A DNA stretch of 64,000 nucleotides from an uncultured Fibrobacterota bacterium (GTDB taxonomy: Bacteria; Fibrobacterota; Fibrobacteria; Fibrobacterales; Fibrobacteraceae): positions 1 through 64,000 of the forward strand of contig CAIRAY010000147.1 of assembly GCA_903876665.1 (NCBI GenBank), in the 5' to 3' direction. Positions 37,307-47,372 of this stretch are shown here, in pieces. The notes under the pieces were generated by a model, which was given only the letters and a program-made list of their open reading frames with translations, was not told the origin of the DNA and did not search any database. A program made the position numbers and the translations under genes. Each line of letters opens with the position of its first letter. The first letter of the stretch is position 1.

Positions 37307-38294
37307 CTATTGTTTCATGCGGACGCGCCGGTATGCTTCATCGGCCTGCAATGAATCACCCGCATTGAAAAAGGCGTTGCCCACATTTTCTGCGCCAATG
37401 CGACCTTGGGTGCTTCCGAGCTTCCAAGCCTGGATAAAGTGCTCCAAGGCCTCGGGGTAACGGGTCTGATCAAAATAAATTTGACCCAAATCCACCTGCA
37501 AATCCCGGTCTGGGGGAGCTCCCTGGGGAGAAAGACCTTGTTCTAAAGTAAATATGGACATCCAAGGTGAACCTTGATCTACATACAGACTTGCCAAGTG
37601 TCGACGTGCCATCTGATTGCCTGGATTTAAAAGCAGGCCATCTTCCAAGGCCGATATTCCTTGGGGAATCGAATCCCTCTGCAATTGCAGATAGGCCAGG
37701 TAAAAAAAGGCATCGGCCCCTGCAGCAGGAGTGAGCTGAATCGCCTGACGCAAAACGCGGACGGCCTCGGAATAGTCTTCCAATTTTTCCTGAATCTCGG
37801 CCAAGGCATACCAGCAGTCAATCCGGTCCTGATTAAGCTTTAAAACCTGCTCATATTCCTTTTGCGCCAGAGTATGTTCGCCCAATTGCCGATAGCATTC
37901 GGCCATGGCGTAGTGCAAGTGTTCCGAGCCTTCTCCCAGCTCCCGCGCCCGTTTGTAGGAGGCAATGGCCAGACCATAATCGGCGTGAGTAAAGTACAGG
38001 TCACCGAGCAATAGCCAAGGCCTCACAAACTTGGGCGCAAGCTCTGCAGAACGGCGATAAGCCACCATGGCAATATTGTTCTTCCCAATTTGAACCAGTG
38101 AATTGCCCAAATTGAACCAGGCAAATGGCTCGAATTGACCCTCCGCAATAGCGGCCCGGTAGTACTTGATCGCCTCCAGGTATTTTGCCTGGTCGTAGAG
38201 CTGATTGCCCTGTACAAAGAAATCCTGTTTCGCCTGCGCAAGAGCGACACAGGAAACCAGCAAGAGGAATATTTTGCACCAAAGGTTTCGCATA
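37307..38294 (-). CDS. Secreted TPR-repeat protein (start at MRNLWCKIF...)
   Basis: Signal peptide, then multiple 34-residue TPR units (AxxYYRxAIxxxP patterns). Confidence 0.75.
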
Positions 38295-38966
38295 TTAATA
38301 CCCTTGGTCAAACACGAATTCTTTGGTGAATTTCTGTGCAACGGGAACATCTTTTATGCGCGCAGGTTCAAACCGGTATTGTCGCACGGCTTTTTCGGCT
38401 TCTATTTCGAAGCCATATCCGGCCGGATCCACCGAAAGCAGCTGCAGGTCCGCAACCTGGCCCCGCGCATCGATCACCAGATAGAATTTGGCGTAGCCTG
38501 TCACCCCTTCCCGCTTGGCCCGAGCTGGGTAGGCCACTTCCACTTCCTTGATCACCCGGGCAGCCTGATCCACTTCGCTCGGATCAAACACCTCGGCTCC
38601 AGGACCACCTCCGCCAAGTGCTCCGAAGGGACCACCATTGCCCGTACCCACCCCGACGCCCCCGCTTCCTTCTCCGCCCGAGGCGAGGGACAGGTCCATC
38701 TGAAATCCACGGGCTGGCCCGCCAGCCATTGCGCGCGAAGGCTTGAATGACTTTGATGTGCGCGACATTTGCCGGATGATCTTTTTTTGTGTGTCATGAG
38801 GGCGGATTTTTGGATTGATATCCACCTGGGTGCTGGTAGTCCCTGTTTTGTATTCGTGCTTGGGAGGTTTCACCAGCAAGGCGCTGGCCAACGGAACCAC
38901 AACAAAAATTGCAGCGTTTAAAATTCCCGACAGGATAATCAGGAGCATCCAGCGCAGAATTGTCAT
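38295..38966 (-). CDS. tonB: TonB-family energy transducer
   Basis: N-terminal TM anchor, a Pro/Gly-rich spacer, and a C-terminal TonB_C-like domain (VAYPARAKREGVTGYAKFYLVIDARGQV). Confidence 0.75.
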   Translation of the reverse strand: MTILRWMLLIILSGILNAAIFVVVPLASALLVKPPKHEYKTGTTSTQVDINPKIRPHDTQKKIIRQMSRTSKSFKPSRAMAGGPARGFQMDLSLASGGEGSGGVGVGTGNGGPFGALGGGGPGAEVFDPSEVDQAARVIKEVEVAYPARAKREGVTGYAKFYLVIDARGQVADLQLLSVDPAGYGFEIEAEKAVRQYRFEPARIKDVPVAQKFTKEFVFDQGY

Positions 38967-39385
38967 TGCGAAGATTCCTTATCCTTTTCTGCAGAAATGG
39001 AAACCTTGGAAACCTTGGCAACATTGCATTCGTCCAGAACATCCACAATGCGCCCCGAGGGCGAATCACGGTCCGCCACGATGATGACCGGGCGATCCGG
39101 GGTCTCGGCCACCAGCTGCCGAAGAATGGTGCGCAAGCTCGCCATATTCACTTGAGTCTGATTGATATGCACAGTGCCCTGACGGGTGATTCCGATCAAG
39201 ATGCTTTCCTTGGAAAGCTCACGGGCCGTGCTTGCATGAGGCTTGGTAACATCAATTCCGGTATCACGGTTAAAAGTCGAGGTGGTCACAAAGAAGATCA
39301 GGAGCACAAGCATCACATCGATCAAGTTGACCACATTAATTTCGATGGCTTTGGATTCGCGTTTCCGCTTTAAAAAAGTACTCAT
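38963..39385 (-). CDS. exbD: Biopolymer transport protein ExbD/TolR
   Basis: 140 aa with a single TM helix, an INVVNLIDVMLVLLIFF segment and a periplasmic domain. Confidence 0.85.
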   Translation of the reverse strand: MSTFLKRKRESKAIEINVVNLIDVMLVLLIFFVTTSTFNRDTGIDVTKPHASTARELSKESILIGITRQGTVHINQTQVNMASLRTILRQLVAETPDRPVIIVADRDSPSGRIVDVLDECNVAKVSKVSISAEKDKESSQ

Positions 39386-40026
39386 GAATCACTCCCGACC
39401 GCATGGCGATCCATCCAGGCCGCCAATCGCAAAGCCTCGGCCGGAGCCAGGATTTCCAAGCGTTCGACCCGGTGTAAAATCAAATTGTAACAGATCGCGA
39501 TGGGGAACGCCACGAGGAGCCCAGCCTGGGTCGCCAAGAGAGCCTCCGAAATACCTGCAGCGAGGATCACGGGGTTTCCAAAGCCGACCTGTTGAATGGA
39601 ATCAAAAGTATGGACAATGCCCGAAACCGTTCCCAACAGGCCCAGGAGAGGAGCAAGCCCTGCCAGACGGCTGATGGTGCGCAAATGACGCTGAAGGGCA
39701 TTGGAGCGCTCCACCGCAACCCGTTGGATTTCGTTATGAACGGCTTTATTTCCAAACTGGGATACCGCCATCACCCGCAAAGCCATTTCGTCAAAAGCTC
39801 CGCGTCCCTTTCCAATAAGAGTTTTGGCCGAATCAAGACCTTGTGTATCAAGAACATGCCAAAACCGTTTGCGGGAAATCCCATGATGCAGCCACAATTG
39901 ATAGGTCCGCTCAAATATCAGCAACCAAGCCCACCATCCCGTAAGGAAAATAGGAAGCATAATCCACCCACCCCGTTTAACGAGTTCAAAGGCCGATTCA
40001 AATAAAGGGGACAAGGTCATCATCAT
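39382..40026 (-). CDS. exbB: MotA/TolQ/ExbB proton-channel protein
   Basis: 3 TM helices with the LLGLLGTVSGIVHTF...AGISEALLATQAGLLVAFP motifs. Confidence 0.85.
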   Translation of the reverse strand: MMMTLSPLFESAFELVKRGGWIMLPIFLTGWWAWLLIFERTYQLWLHHGISRKRFWHVLDTQGLDSAKTLIGKGRGAFDEMALRVMAVSQFGNKAVHNEIQRVAVERSNALQRHLRTISRLAGLAPLLGLLGTVSGIVHTFDSIQQVGFGNPVILAAGISEALLATQAGLLVAFPIAICYNLILHRVERLEILAPAEALRLAAWMDRHAVGSDS

Positions 40027-40033
40027 TGGGCAA

Positions 40034-41506
40034 TCAATCCTTAAGCCACAGGCCGTTCATCAGCTTAAGCGCACAGGATTCCATTTCGCCGACCAGGTGG
40101 TCCACCGAATTGGCGACCCAGGCATGCAACAATTGAGATGGGATTGCCACCAGGAGGCCCGCTTCCGTTGCCACCAGGGCCACAGCAATGCCACCCGCCA
40201 ACAATTTGGGATCATTGCTTCCATAAAGGGTAATCACGCCGAAGAGCTCGATCATGCCCATCACGGTGCCCAGCAACCCCAGCAGTGGTGCCGTGGAGCC
40301 AAATACCGCAATGGTTCCCAGGCGACGCTCCAGACTCAGCACTTCGTAGGCAAATACATCTTCCACAGCTTTCTCTGCCGCGGTACGGCCCTGATCTGAA
40401 TAGCGGAAAATGGCATGGACCACCTTGCCCACGGACCCCCCAAGTTTGGCGCCCTCGAGCTTGGCTTCATCGATCTTGCCCTCCTGGGCCAAAGCCAGCA
40501 CTTTGCGCAGACGACGCTTGGAATACCGGCCCTTCCAAGCCAGCACAAACAAGCGCTCCAACACCATCAGAAAGGCCAATATGCCGATTCCCGAAATCGG
40601 GTACATGATCACTCCGCCATCGCGAAACCACTTTTTGAGCGAATCCTTCCAGCCCATCTCCGTTGCGGTAGCCATTTGGGTCGATAGGGAGGTGGACAAC
40701 AAAATATCGACAGGAAACATCACCATTGCCGAATCACGGGATTCAAAAAAGCCTTTGCCAATGGCCTGCTTGATCGGAAGCCCCAGGTTTTCTTGCCAAC
40801 CAAATACGCGCCCACGCTCTCCTGCGGAAGGCAGCATGAGACTTGCAATTTGATGGGTGGGCTCGTATTGAACTGCACCGATGGAGCCGAGACGTGCGCG
40901 GTCACCACGAATGGTTTTGTCCCCCTGAAAAACCAGGTCGGCCTGAGCCCAATCCACCTGGCGGGTGAAGCGAAGCTCCGCAACAGCGGATTTCAGCAAT
41001 TGCGAAGCGACAAGTCCGGGATCATCACGATGCAAATCAATACTCTTCTTCAATTGGTTCAGGCTCTGGATGCGTTCGGGGATATTGAAAGGAACTCCTT
41101 GATCCATAAAGCGGGTCAGGGCCTCGGCACGATCCTGCTGGGAGGATAGGGTGAGGAACTCCGTGCGACGCCGCTCAGCCTCTTCCTGTAAACGACCTAG
41201 ATCCTCGCGGGAAGCCCGCACATCTTCAAAAAGACGCGCCCGCTCCGTCGCCAGCGCATCCAGCTTTTCTTTGGCTTCACGTTGTTTTTCACTCAAAGAT
41301 TCGCGTTCGTCGTTTTGATTTTTTTTGGCATCCCACCGTTCTGCCACGGCCTGGTCCCGGACCTTACGCGCATCTTCCAAATCAGCCTTGGCGGAATTTA
41401 TTTCGGCCTGTTGCTTGACCAGATCGACCTGGGCAAACAGATGGATAGAAACAAGGCCCAGAATCAAAGCGGAGGTTCCCAAAGTCTTTCGGATATTCAA
41501 ATTCAT
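40034..41506 (-). CDS. Long-form MotA/TolQ/ExbB-family protein with a periplasmic coiled-coil N-terminal extension of about 300 aa
   Basis: Signal peptide and coiled coil (KADLEDARKVRDQAVAERWDAKK...), then an ExbB core (LLGLLGTVMGMIELF...GGIAVALVATEAGLLVAIP). Confidence 0.75.
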   Translation of the reverse strand: MNLNIRKTLGTSALILGLVSIHLFAQVDLVKQQAEINSAKADLEDARKVRDQAVAERWDAKKNQNDERESLSEKQREAKEKLDALATERARLFEDVRASREDLGRLQEEAERRRTEFLTLSSQQDRAEALTRFMDQGVPFNIPERIQSLNQLKKSIDLHRDDPGLVASQLLKSAVAELRFTRQVDWAQADLVFQGDKTIRGDRARLGSIGAVQYEPTHQIASLMLPSAGERGRVFGWQENLGLPIKQAIGKGFFESRDSAMVMFPVDILLSTSLSTQMATATEMGWKDSLKKWFRDGGVIMYPISGIGILAFLMVLERLFVLAWKGRYSKRRLRKVLALAQEGKIDEAKLEGAKLGGSVGKVVHAIFRYSDQGRTAAEKAVEDVFAYEVLSLERRLGTIAVFGSTAPLLGLLGTVMGMIELFGVITLYGSNDPKLLAGGIAVALVATEAGLLVAIPSQLLHAWVANSVDHLVGEMESCALKLMNGLWLKD

Positions 41507-42288
41507 GGCTTAACCTCCTTCACCGATAAGGCCGCAAAAGGAAGCATCACCAATGCCGGCGGGGCCTGTCCTTCGGCTACCTTCAAAGCCTCTTTGAGAA
41601 GAGTCCGCAAAGTGCCATTTTCACCCACCGACTTCCACTCGTATCCGGATGCCTTTTGCTGTAACCAGAATACTTCCGAGCCATCCTGGGAAACAAACAA
41701 GGCGGAAACGGCGCCATAGCGGACATACTTTCCCGACAAACTACGCCCCTGCCAGGGAAAATATCCCGACCAATTTTCGGTGGTGTAGCCTAATTGAATG
41801 CGGTCGATGATCACATCAAAAGCTCGGCCCAAAGCCTCTTCCGGAGTCACGGTTCCTTTGCGTAGCTGTCCTGCCGTTTCACGAATTGCCTCCACAGCTT
41901 CCCTGCTTTTAAACGGGATGTCCGATTCCAGAACCGGTACAAGCCCATCCAAGGCTGCCGCGAGCGACTCTTGATAGCGCACCTTGCGCGCATCCACCCA
42001 ATGGGAACTGCCGGCCGCCTGCAAACGGGCTGCATCCAACCGACTGGCCTCTGCGCGGAGGGAATCGATCTGGGCCTTGAGGGTGGCGGATTGCCCGTCA
42101 TAGGCTTCCAGCTTTTTCTTCGCTGTTTCCACAAAGTCCTGATGCCGCTTTTTTTCGGTCTGGGAAAGTTCCTTCTCGCGAATTCCTTCCTTTTCAACCG
42201 TCTTGGTCTGGCGTTTGATTTCCTGAATGGACTCCTGGGCAGAGACACTCACCACAAGCATGGATACTAGAATCAATAATTTTCGCAT
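41503..42288 (-). CDS. Periplasmic coiled-coil protein (DUF3450-like) of the Ton complex cluster
   Basis: Signal peptide MRKLLILVSMLVVSVSAQ and a coiled coil. It overlaps the long exbB by 4 bp. Confidence 0.4.
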   Translation of the reverse strand: MRKLLILVSMLVVSVSAQESIQEIKRQTKTVEKEGIREKELSQTEKKRHQDFVETAKKKLEAYDGQSATLKAQIDSLRAEASRLDAARLQAAGSSHWVDARKVRYQESLAAALDGLVPVLESDIPFKSREAVEAIRETAGQLRKGTVTPEEALGRAFDVIIDRIQLGYTTENWSGYFPWQGRSLSGKYVRYGAVSALFVSQDGSEVFWLQQKASGYEWKSVGENGTLRTLLKEALKVAEGQAPPALVMLPFAALSVKEVKP

Positions 42289-42371
42289 AGGACGGAAAAA
42301 TACAAAACAAAAGACCCCCATGGCACTGCCACAGGGATCAGAAAGGATATTGTAAAGACTAAAAAGAAATT

Positions 42372-43088
42372 TTAGAGTTTTCCTTTTCCGCCGGCCTTTT
42401 TCAGGACATCGACAACCTTGGGGTAGCCCTCATTCTTGGCCCAATCCAGGGCAGTGTAGCCATCCTTGTCGGGGGCATTGACGTCAGCACCGGCAGAAAT
42501 CAGATACTCGATCACAGGCAAATGGCCACCTTTGGCGGCCCAGGCCATGGCGGTCCAGCCTTCATTGGACTTAAAGTCCTTGGGAGCGCCACCATCCACC
42601 ATAACCTTGACCACTTCGACAAACCCTTGACGGGAAGCCATCAGCAGGGCGTCGGTCGTGGAAAGCAAAGTCGGATCGGTCTTTTTCAGCTGGGAGATCA
42701 TGACATCGACCACTTCCTTATTGCCCAGGGATGCCGCATCTGTGAGGGGAGTTACGCCTTTGCTGTTTTTTAGATTGACATCGGCACCGCGCTCGAGCAG
42801 GAAGAGAACCATGTCCGCTTTGTTTTTATTTGCACAAACGGCCAGCGCGTTGTTGCCTCGGCTGTCGGTTCCGTTGATGTCAATGCCCGCTGTGATGAGC
42901 AGGTTGGCCAGAGCCGTGTCGCCCTTGAGAGTCGCATTTACCAGCGTTCCGGGAACAAATTTGATCTGTTTCTCGTCCATCCATTTGCGGATCGACGCGG
43001 GATCGTTGGGATCCATTTTTCCAGAGCAACCCATTAGAACGGTGGCGGCAATTGCCGTTGATGCAAGAACTTTGATGACTTTGTACAT
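42372..43088 (-). CDS. Ankyrin-repeat lipoprotein
   Basis: Lipobox VLMGCSG and 5-6 ankyrin repeats (GNNALAVCANKNKADMVLFLLERGADVN, and others). Confidence 0.85.
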   Translation of the reverse strand: MYKVIKVLASTAIAATVLMGCSGKMDPNDPASIRKWMDEKQIKFVPGTLVNATLKGDTALANLLITAGIDINGTDSRGNNALAVCANKNKADMVLFLLERGADVNLKNSKGVTPLTDAASLGNKEVVDVMISQLKKTDPTLLSTTDALLMASRQGFVEVVKVMVDGGAPKDFKSNEGWTAMAWAAKGGHLPVIEYLISAGADVNAPDKDGYTALDWAKNEGYPKVVDVLKKAGGKGKL

Positions 43089-43216
43089 GTGACCTCAGGA
43101 GTTAATGTCCGAAAAATATCAAAATCGTGTAGCAATGTTTGTCAAAATTTGGTAAATATCCTAGGTAAGCCTGATTGGGGGAACAATCGGGTATTTTTTT
43201 CTATTTGAGGATTGGT

Positions 43217-43984
43217 ATGAAGCTACTTGGAATTCTTGGTCTCCTTGCCGTTGCCACATTTGCCCAATCTCCGGATAGCTCCGGTTACGTTTACGAAGAA
43301 CGCCCGGCAGTGGGCCTCTATTATGAATTGACGGGCGAATTACAGAATGTGTCCGCAACTTATCGGATCATGAGACAGAATTTCAATGTGGATGTGACCG
43401 GAGGCCCAACCTTTGGCGTAGGCGCCCAGCTCCCCGTGTATCCCTATCTCGGGATCAATGGCATTGTGGGCATCCAGCAGATCATCGTAGACTACAATAT
43501 CCAGTCCAGCAATGCGATTCAACAGATGATGCTGGGCGACCGGGACTCCACCTTCGTTTTGGCGGGAGACACCACACCTCAGTTTGGCCTGGGCCTTACC
43601 TCTGACGATCTAAACGGCCAAATGCTCTCCCGCAATCTGATCATCCAGGCTGGCGCGGAGTTAGGCTACCCGGTCTATTCCGATTACAAAAGCGATTTTA
43701 TGATCAAGCCCTACGCTTTTGGTAGCGGGATCCTGGGGAAGACTTTCTTTGACGACTCCAAATTCAAAAACACCACACTGTGGGGCTACGCTTATGGCGC
43801 GGGCGTCCGCATCGCCTGGAGATCCGTTGCCGTCGAAGCCGGCGTCCGAGCATCACACACCTTCTGGCAAACCTATTTTGACCCAAGCGACATGACCGGC
43901 GAACAAGCGACGGACGATGAATTCATGCTGGACTACGACACCCCGATCAGTCCATTCGTGAAAGCGGTATATAGCCTGTATTGA
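43217..43984 (+). CDS. Hypothetical secreted protein, possibly an outer-membrane beta-barrel (start at MKLLGILGLL)
   Basis: Signal peptide, then alternating hydrophobic/aromatic strands rich in Gly/Tyr, with an aromatic C-terminus. Confidence 0.45.
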   Translation: MKLLGILGLLAVATFAQSPDSSGYVYEERPAVGLYYELTGELQNVSATYRIMRQNFNVDVTGGPTFGVGAQLPVYPYLGINGIVGIQQIIVDYNIQSSNAIQQMMLGDRDSTFVLAGDTTPQFGLGLTSDDLNGQMLSRNLIIQAGAELGYPVYSDYKSDFMIKPYAFGSGILGKTFFDDSKFKNTTLWGYAYGAGVRIAWRSVAVEAGVRASHTFWQTYFDPSDMTGEQATDDEFMLDYDTPISPFVKAVYSLY

Positions 43985-43999
43985 TCCAGTCCAGAGTTT

Positions 44000-44815
44000 T
44001 CAAAATACGATTTGGAACATGGCGCCACCTGGGAGTGGCGCCATTGTCATTTGGGCCTGCGACAACGGAGGCTGTATAGCCGGTTGCGCTTGGTGCATGC
44101 GAGGAACGGCCCATCCGACCAGACTTCCCACCAGGGCGCCGACAAGGATGTCCGAGGGATAATGCTTGCCGGCAATGACCCGGAGGGATGCCGTCGTGGC
44201 GGCGACAGCCAGGCTTCCGCCCCAGATCCAAGGCGAATAACGGCTTCCCGGATGAGTACGGTCATACCAGCAGGAGGAGAATACCGCAATGGAAAAGGCC
44301 GCAGAGGAGTGGCCCGAATAGAAGGACCCGGAAGCATCCTTGGAATTCCGTTCCGTGCCCCCCTTGGAACCCAACAAAAACGGACGGGGCCAAACAGCAA
44401 GGCTACGGACAGCGAGGTTGATTCCGGATTGCAAAGCCAACACCTCGGAAAGCATGGCAAGCTGAACGGCCACATCCGATCCACCAAGCCTTCCCCGCGA
44501 CCAATCGGAAACGGAGAGCACCAAGGGGAATGCGCCCGCACCCGTAAGGATGTCGCTCGCCAAATCCGCTTTGGCGTTCCAACGCCCGGCAAAGGGCCGG
44601 TCCCAAGGCATTAAATCGTTTTTGTCATAACGGCCATCATAGGCATCCATATTCATGATGCGCCACTGGCCGAAGGCGAAGCTCCCCACCGAACCTACCG
44701 CAAGGGGAATATCCCGTTGCCAAGTCAGGTCATAGGCACCACGCACCGTTTGCGCAAAAGAAGACCCCCAAAGGAACACCAGGGAAAAAAGACTCGCCCG
44801 AACCGCATTTTTCAT
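44000..44815 (-). CDS. PAP2-superfamily phosphatase (secreted or membrane-associated). The track ORF to 45124 runs into eno; the start at MKNAVRASLFSLVFLWGSS is preferred.
   Basis: PAP2 motifs FYSGHSS (PSGH-like) and SLRVIAGKHYPSDILVG (SRx5Hx3D). Confidence 0.7.
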   Translation of the reverse strand: MKNAVRASLFSLVFLWGSSFAQTVRGAYDLTWQRDIPLAVGSVGSFAFGQWRIMNMDAYDGRYDKNDLMPWDRPFAGRWNAKADLASDILTGAGAFPLVLSVSDWSRGRLGGSDVAVQLAMLSEVLALQSGINLAVRSLAVWPRPFLLGSKGGTERNSKDASGSFYSGHSSAAFSIAVFSSCWYDRTHPGSRYSPWIWGGSLAVAATTASLRVIAGKHYPSDILVGALVGSLVGWAVPRMHQAQPAIQPPLSQAQMTMAPLPGGAMFQIVF

Positions 44816-44879
44816 GTCCTCAAAATAGAAAAGACACCGCCTGCGCGGTGCCTTTAAAAAGGAGCAATACGGGTTTGGT

Positions 44880-46211
44880 TTAGAAACCGGCACCCTTGAT
44901 GGACTTGATTCCCTTGAACACAGCCTTGGCACCCAGCTGCTCTTCGATACGGAGCAATTGGTTGTACTTGCAGATACGGTCGGTGCGAGAGAGCGAACCG
45001 GTCTTGATCTGGCCGGCGCCGGTGCCGACTGCGAGGTCCGCAATGAAGGAGTCTTCGGTCTCGCCGGAACGGTGAGAGGAGATGACGCCGTAGCCAGCTT
45101 TCTGAGCCATCTTGATGGCGTCAAGGGTTTCTGTGACGGTGCCGATTTGGTTGACCTTGATGAGGATCGCGTTGCATGCGCCCATCTGGATGCCTTGCTT
45201 CAGGCGGGTTGGGTTGGTTACGAAGAAGTCGTCACCGACGATCTGAACCTTCTTACCGAGGGTCTTGGTGAACTTGACATAACCTTCCCAATCGTTCTGG
45301 TCGAGGCCGTCTTCGATAGAGACGATTGGGTACTTCTTGCACCAATCCGCATACTTTTTGACCATGTCGTCAGCGGTATAAAGCTTGTTTGGTTCGGTCT
45401 TCCAGAACTTGTATGCCTTGCGATCGCCAGCGTCGAACAATTCGGAAGACGCGCAGTCAAGAGCGATACCGATCTGCTTGCCAGCCTTGTAACCAGCAGC
45501 GTCAATAGCCTTCATAATCACTTCGAGGGCTTCGTCGTTATTGATATCTGGAGCGAAGCCACCTTCGTCACCCACGGAGGTCGCCTTGCCCATTTTCTTC
45601 AGGATACCCTTGAGGGCATGGAATACTTCAGTGATCCATTGCAGGCCTTCGGAGAAGGTCTTGGCACCGATTGGCATGATCATGAACTCTTGGAAGTCGA
45701 TCATGTTGTCGGCGTGATGACCACCATTGATGATGTTTGCCATCGGAGTTGGGAGGCAAAAATCCTTGTTCTTGTGAATCTTGCCGATGTACTTCCAAAC
45801 GGGCATATTGCTCACCTTGGCACCGGCGAGACAGACAGCCATGGAAGCGCCGAGAATTGCATTGGCACCAAAGTTGGACTTATTTTCGGTTCCATCGAGA
45901 GCAATCATGGCATCATCGAGCTCACGCTGGTTCAGAGGGTCTTTGCCTTTGAGAAGCTTGGCAAGCTGGTTGTTCACGGCACTAACAGCCTTGAGTACGC
46001 CCTTTCCGCCATAAACTTTCTTGTCACCGTCGCGAAGCTCGCAAGCTTCAAATTCACCGGTGGATGCACCACTGGGTACAGCGGCACGAACCTCAACGCC
46101 GTTGCTGAGAACGATGTCGACTTCGACAGTGGGATTGCCACGGGAGTCAAGAATCTGACGACCGATGACCTTAGAAATTTTGACCGATTTTGGGGCGGCG
46201 ACTTTTGCCAT
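44880..46211 (-). CDS. eno: Enolase (phosphopyruvate hydratase)
   Basis: [36 protein letters not shown] and the SHRSGETED signature. Start at MAKVAAPKS. Confidence 0.95.
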   Translation of the reverse strand: MAKVAAPKSVKISKVIGRQILDSRGNPTVEVDIVLSNGVEVRAAVPSGASTGEFEACELRDGDKKVYGGKGVLKAVSAVNNQLAKLLKGKDPLNQRELDDAMIALDGTENKSNFGANAILGASMAVCLAGAKVSNMPVWKYIGKIHKNKDFCLPTPMANIINGGHHADNMIDFQEFMIMPIGAKTFSEGLQWITEVFHALKGILKKMGKATSVGDEGGFAPDINNDEALEVIMKAIDAAGYKAGKQIGIALDCASSELFDAGDRKAYKFWKTEPNKLYTADDMVKKYADWCKKYPIVSIEDGLDQNDWEGYVKFTKTLGKKVQIVGDDFFVTNPTRLKQGIQMGACNAILIKVNQIGTVTETLDAIKMAQKAGYGVISSHRSGETEDSFIADLAVGTGAGQIKTGSLSRTDRICKYNQLLRIEEQLGAKAVFKGIKSIKGAGF

Positions 46212-46532
46212 TTGAGAACTCCATTGGAGGGTTGGTGGAAACTTAAGTGGAAATATAAGAAGGATCAAGGGAAAACAGATCAATCAAATCGTGGATAATC
46301 GGGTATTTCCTAAGTCCGCTAATGGTAATCTCTACAAATAATCCGATATATTGACAATATAGAGAATCTTTAAATGTACCTTCACAAACAGAGTATTTGC
46401 GTATAAAAAACGATAAAAACCCCAATATTTGCAATAATTTGATATTTTTTAATATTCTTCGTACCTTTTGATTAGTACAAAAAATCCTCTTTGCGGGTTG
46501 ATGAATGCAAAAATTCTGGCTATATTCCCAAA

Positions 46533-47372
46533 ATGGATTCAACGGCCATCAACATTTTCGGTTATTCGGATTTCCGCGCGTACCTCCGGGATTACTACTC
46601 GAAGCGCCACAGCTTGGATCGTTCCTTCTCCCATCGCTTCCTCGCTCAAAAACTTGGAGACAAGTCTCCCTCCTTCCTGCAAAAGCTACTCGATGATGAG
46701 CGTCGCCTTAGTCCCCATCAAATTGAAATACTCATTCATTTGTGCCGACTCGAAGAACACGAAGCCAAGTATTTTCGGGTGCTTTATCTCTACTCATCGG
46801 CACCAGGAAGGACCGAGCGGGAATTATATCTAGAACAACTCATATCCCTGAACCACACGCCAAGACGCCAATTGGAGCTAGATCTTTTCGAATTCTATCG
46901 TCACTGGTACCATCCCGCCTTGCGATCCATACTCAGCGTTGTGGATGTTCAAGATGATTTTCGCATGGTCACCAAAATGATCCGGCCTCGCATTTCGGTC
47001 AATCAGGTCAAGGATTCCATTGCCTTGATGGCCCGCTTGGAAATCATTCAAAAAGATGCGAATGGTTACTGGAAGCCCGCGAGCGAGGCTCTATTCGTCA
47101 AAGACAATTTCAACCAGGCCATTATTCAGAATTTCCGCCAGCAATGCCTGGATCTCGCCTCGCAGGCTCTGGTTCAGGGCCATGGCAAAGAAGATTATCA
47201 TTTTTCCACCGGAACCATGAGCGTCAGCTCGGACGCCCATCGCCGAATTTTTGACAAGCTCGAAAAATTCCGCGCCGAAATACGGTCCATTGTGCGGAAA
47301 GATTCCCTTCCGCCCACCAAAGTCATTCAATTACAAACTCAGATTTTCCCATTAATGGAGAACGACAAATGA
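46533..47372 (+). CDS. Fibrobacter paralogous-family protein (TIGR02147-like), a putative HTH regulator, paralog 1
   Basis: Homologous to the 53339-54184 product: FxDYRAY(L/F)R(D/E)xY...LDR(S/R)FSHRFL(A/S)(Q/E)KLGDKSPSF conserved. Start at MDSTAINIF. Confidence 0.8.
   Translation: MDSTAINIFGYSDFRAYLRDYYSKRHSLDRSFSHRFLAQKLGDKSPSFLQKLLDDERRLSPHQIEILIHLCRLEEHEAKYFRVLYLYSSAPGRTERELYLEQLISLNHTPRRQLELDLFEFYRHWYHPALRSILSVVDVQDDFRMVTKMIRPRISVNQVKDSIALMARLEIIQKDANGYWKPASEALFVKDNFNQAIIQNFRQQCLDLASQALVQGHGKEDYHFSTGTMSVSSDAHRRIFDKLEKFRAEIRSIVRKDSLPPTKVIQLQTQIFPLMENDK

Noticed and set aside
44012-44614. 200-aa plus-strand ORF
   Set aside because: It is antisense to the PAP2 phosphatase gene, which has clear PSGH and SRx5Hx3D motifs.
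44958-46298. 446-aa plus-strand ORF
   Set aside because: It is antisense to enolase. The protein has no recognisable domains and is an artefact of codon-biased antisense openness.
46212-46532. AT-rich 320-bp region downstream of eno as a mobile-element scar or origin
   Set aside because: There are no inverted repeats, integrase genes or tRNA. It is most simply the promoter and leader region of the TIGR02147 cassette. A similar AT-rich leader with TTTGATAT precedes the second cassette.
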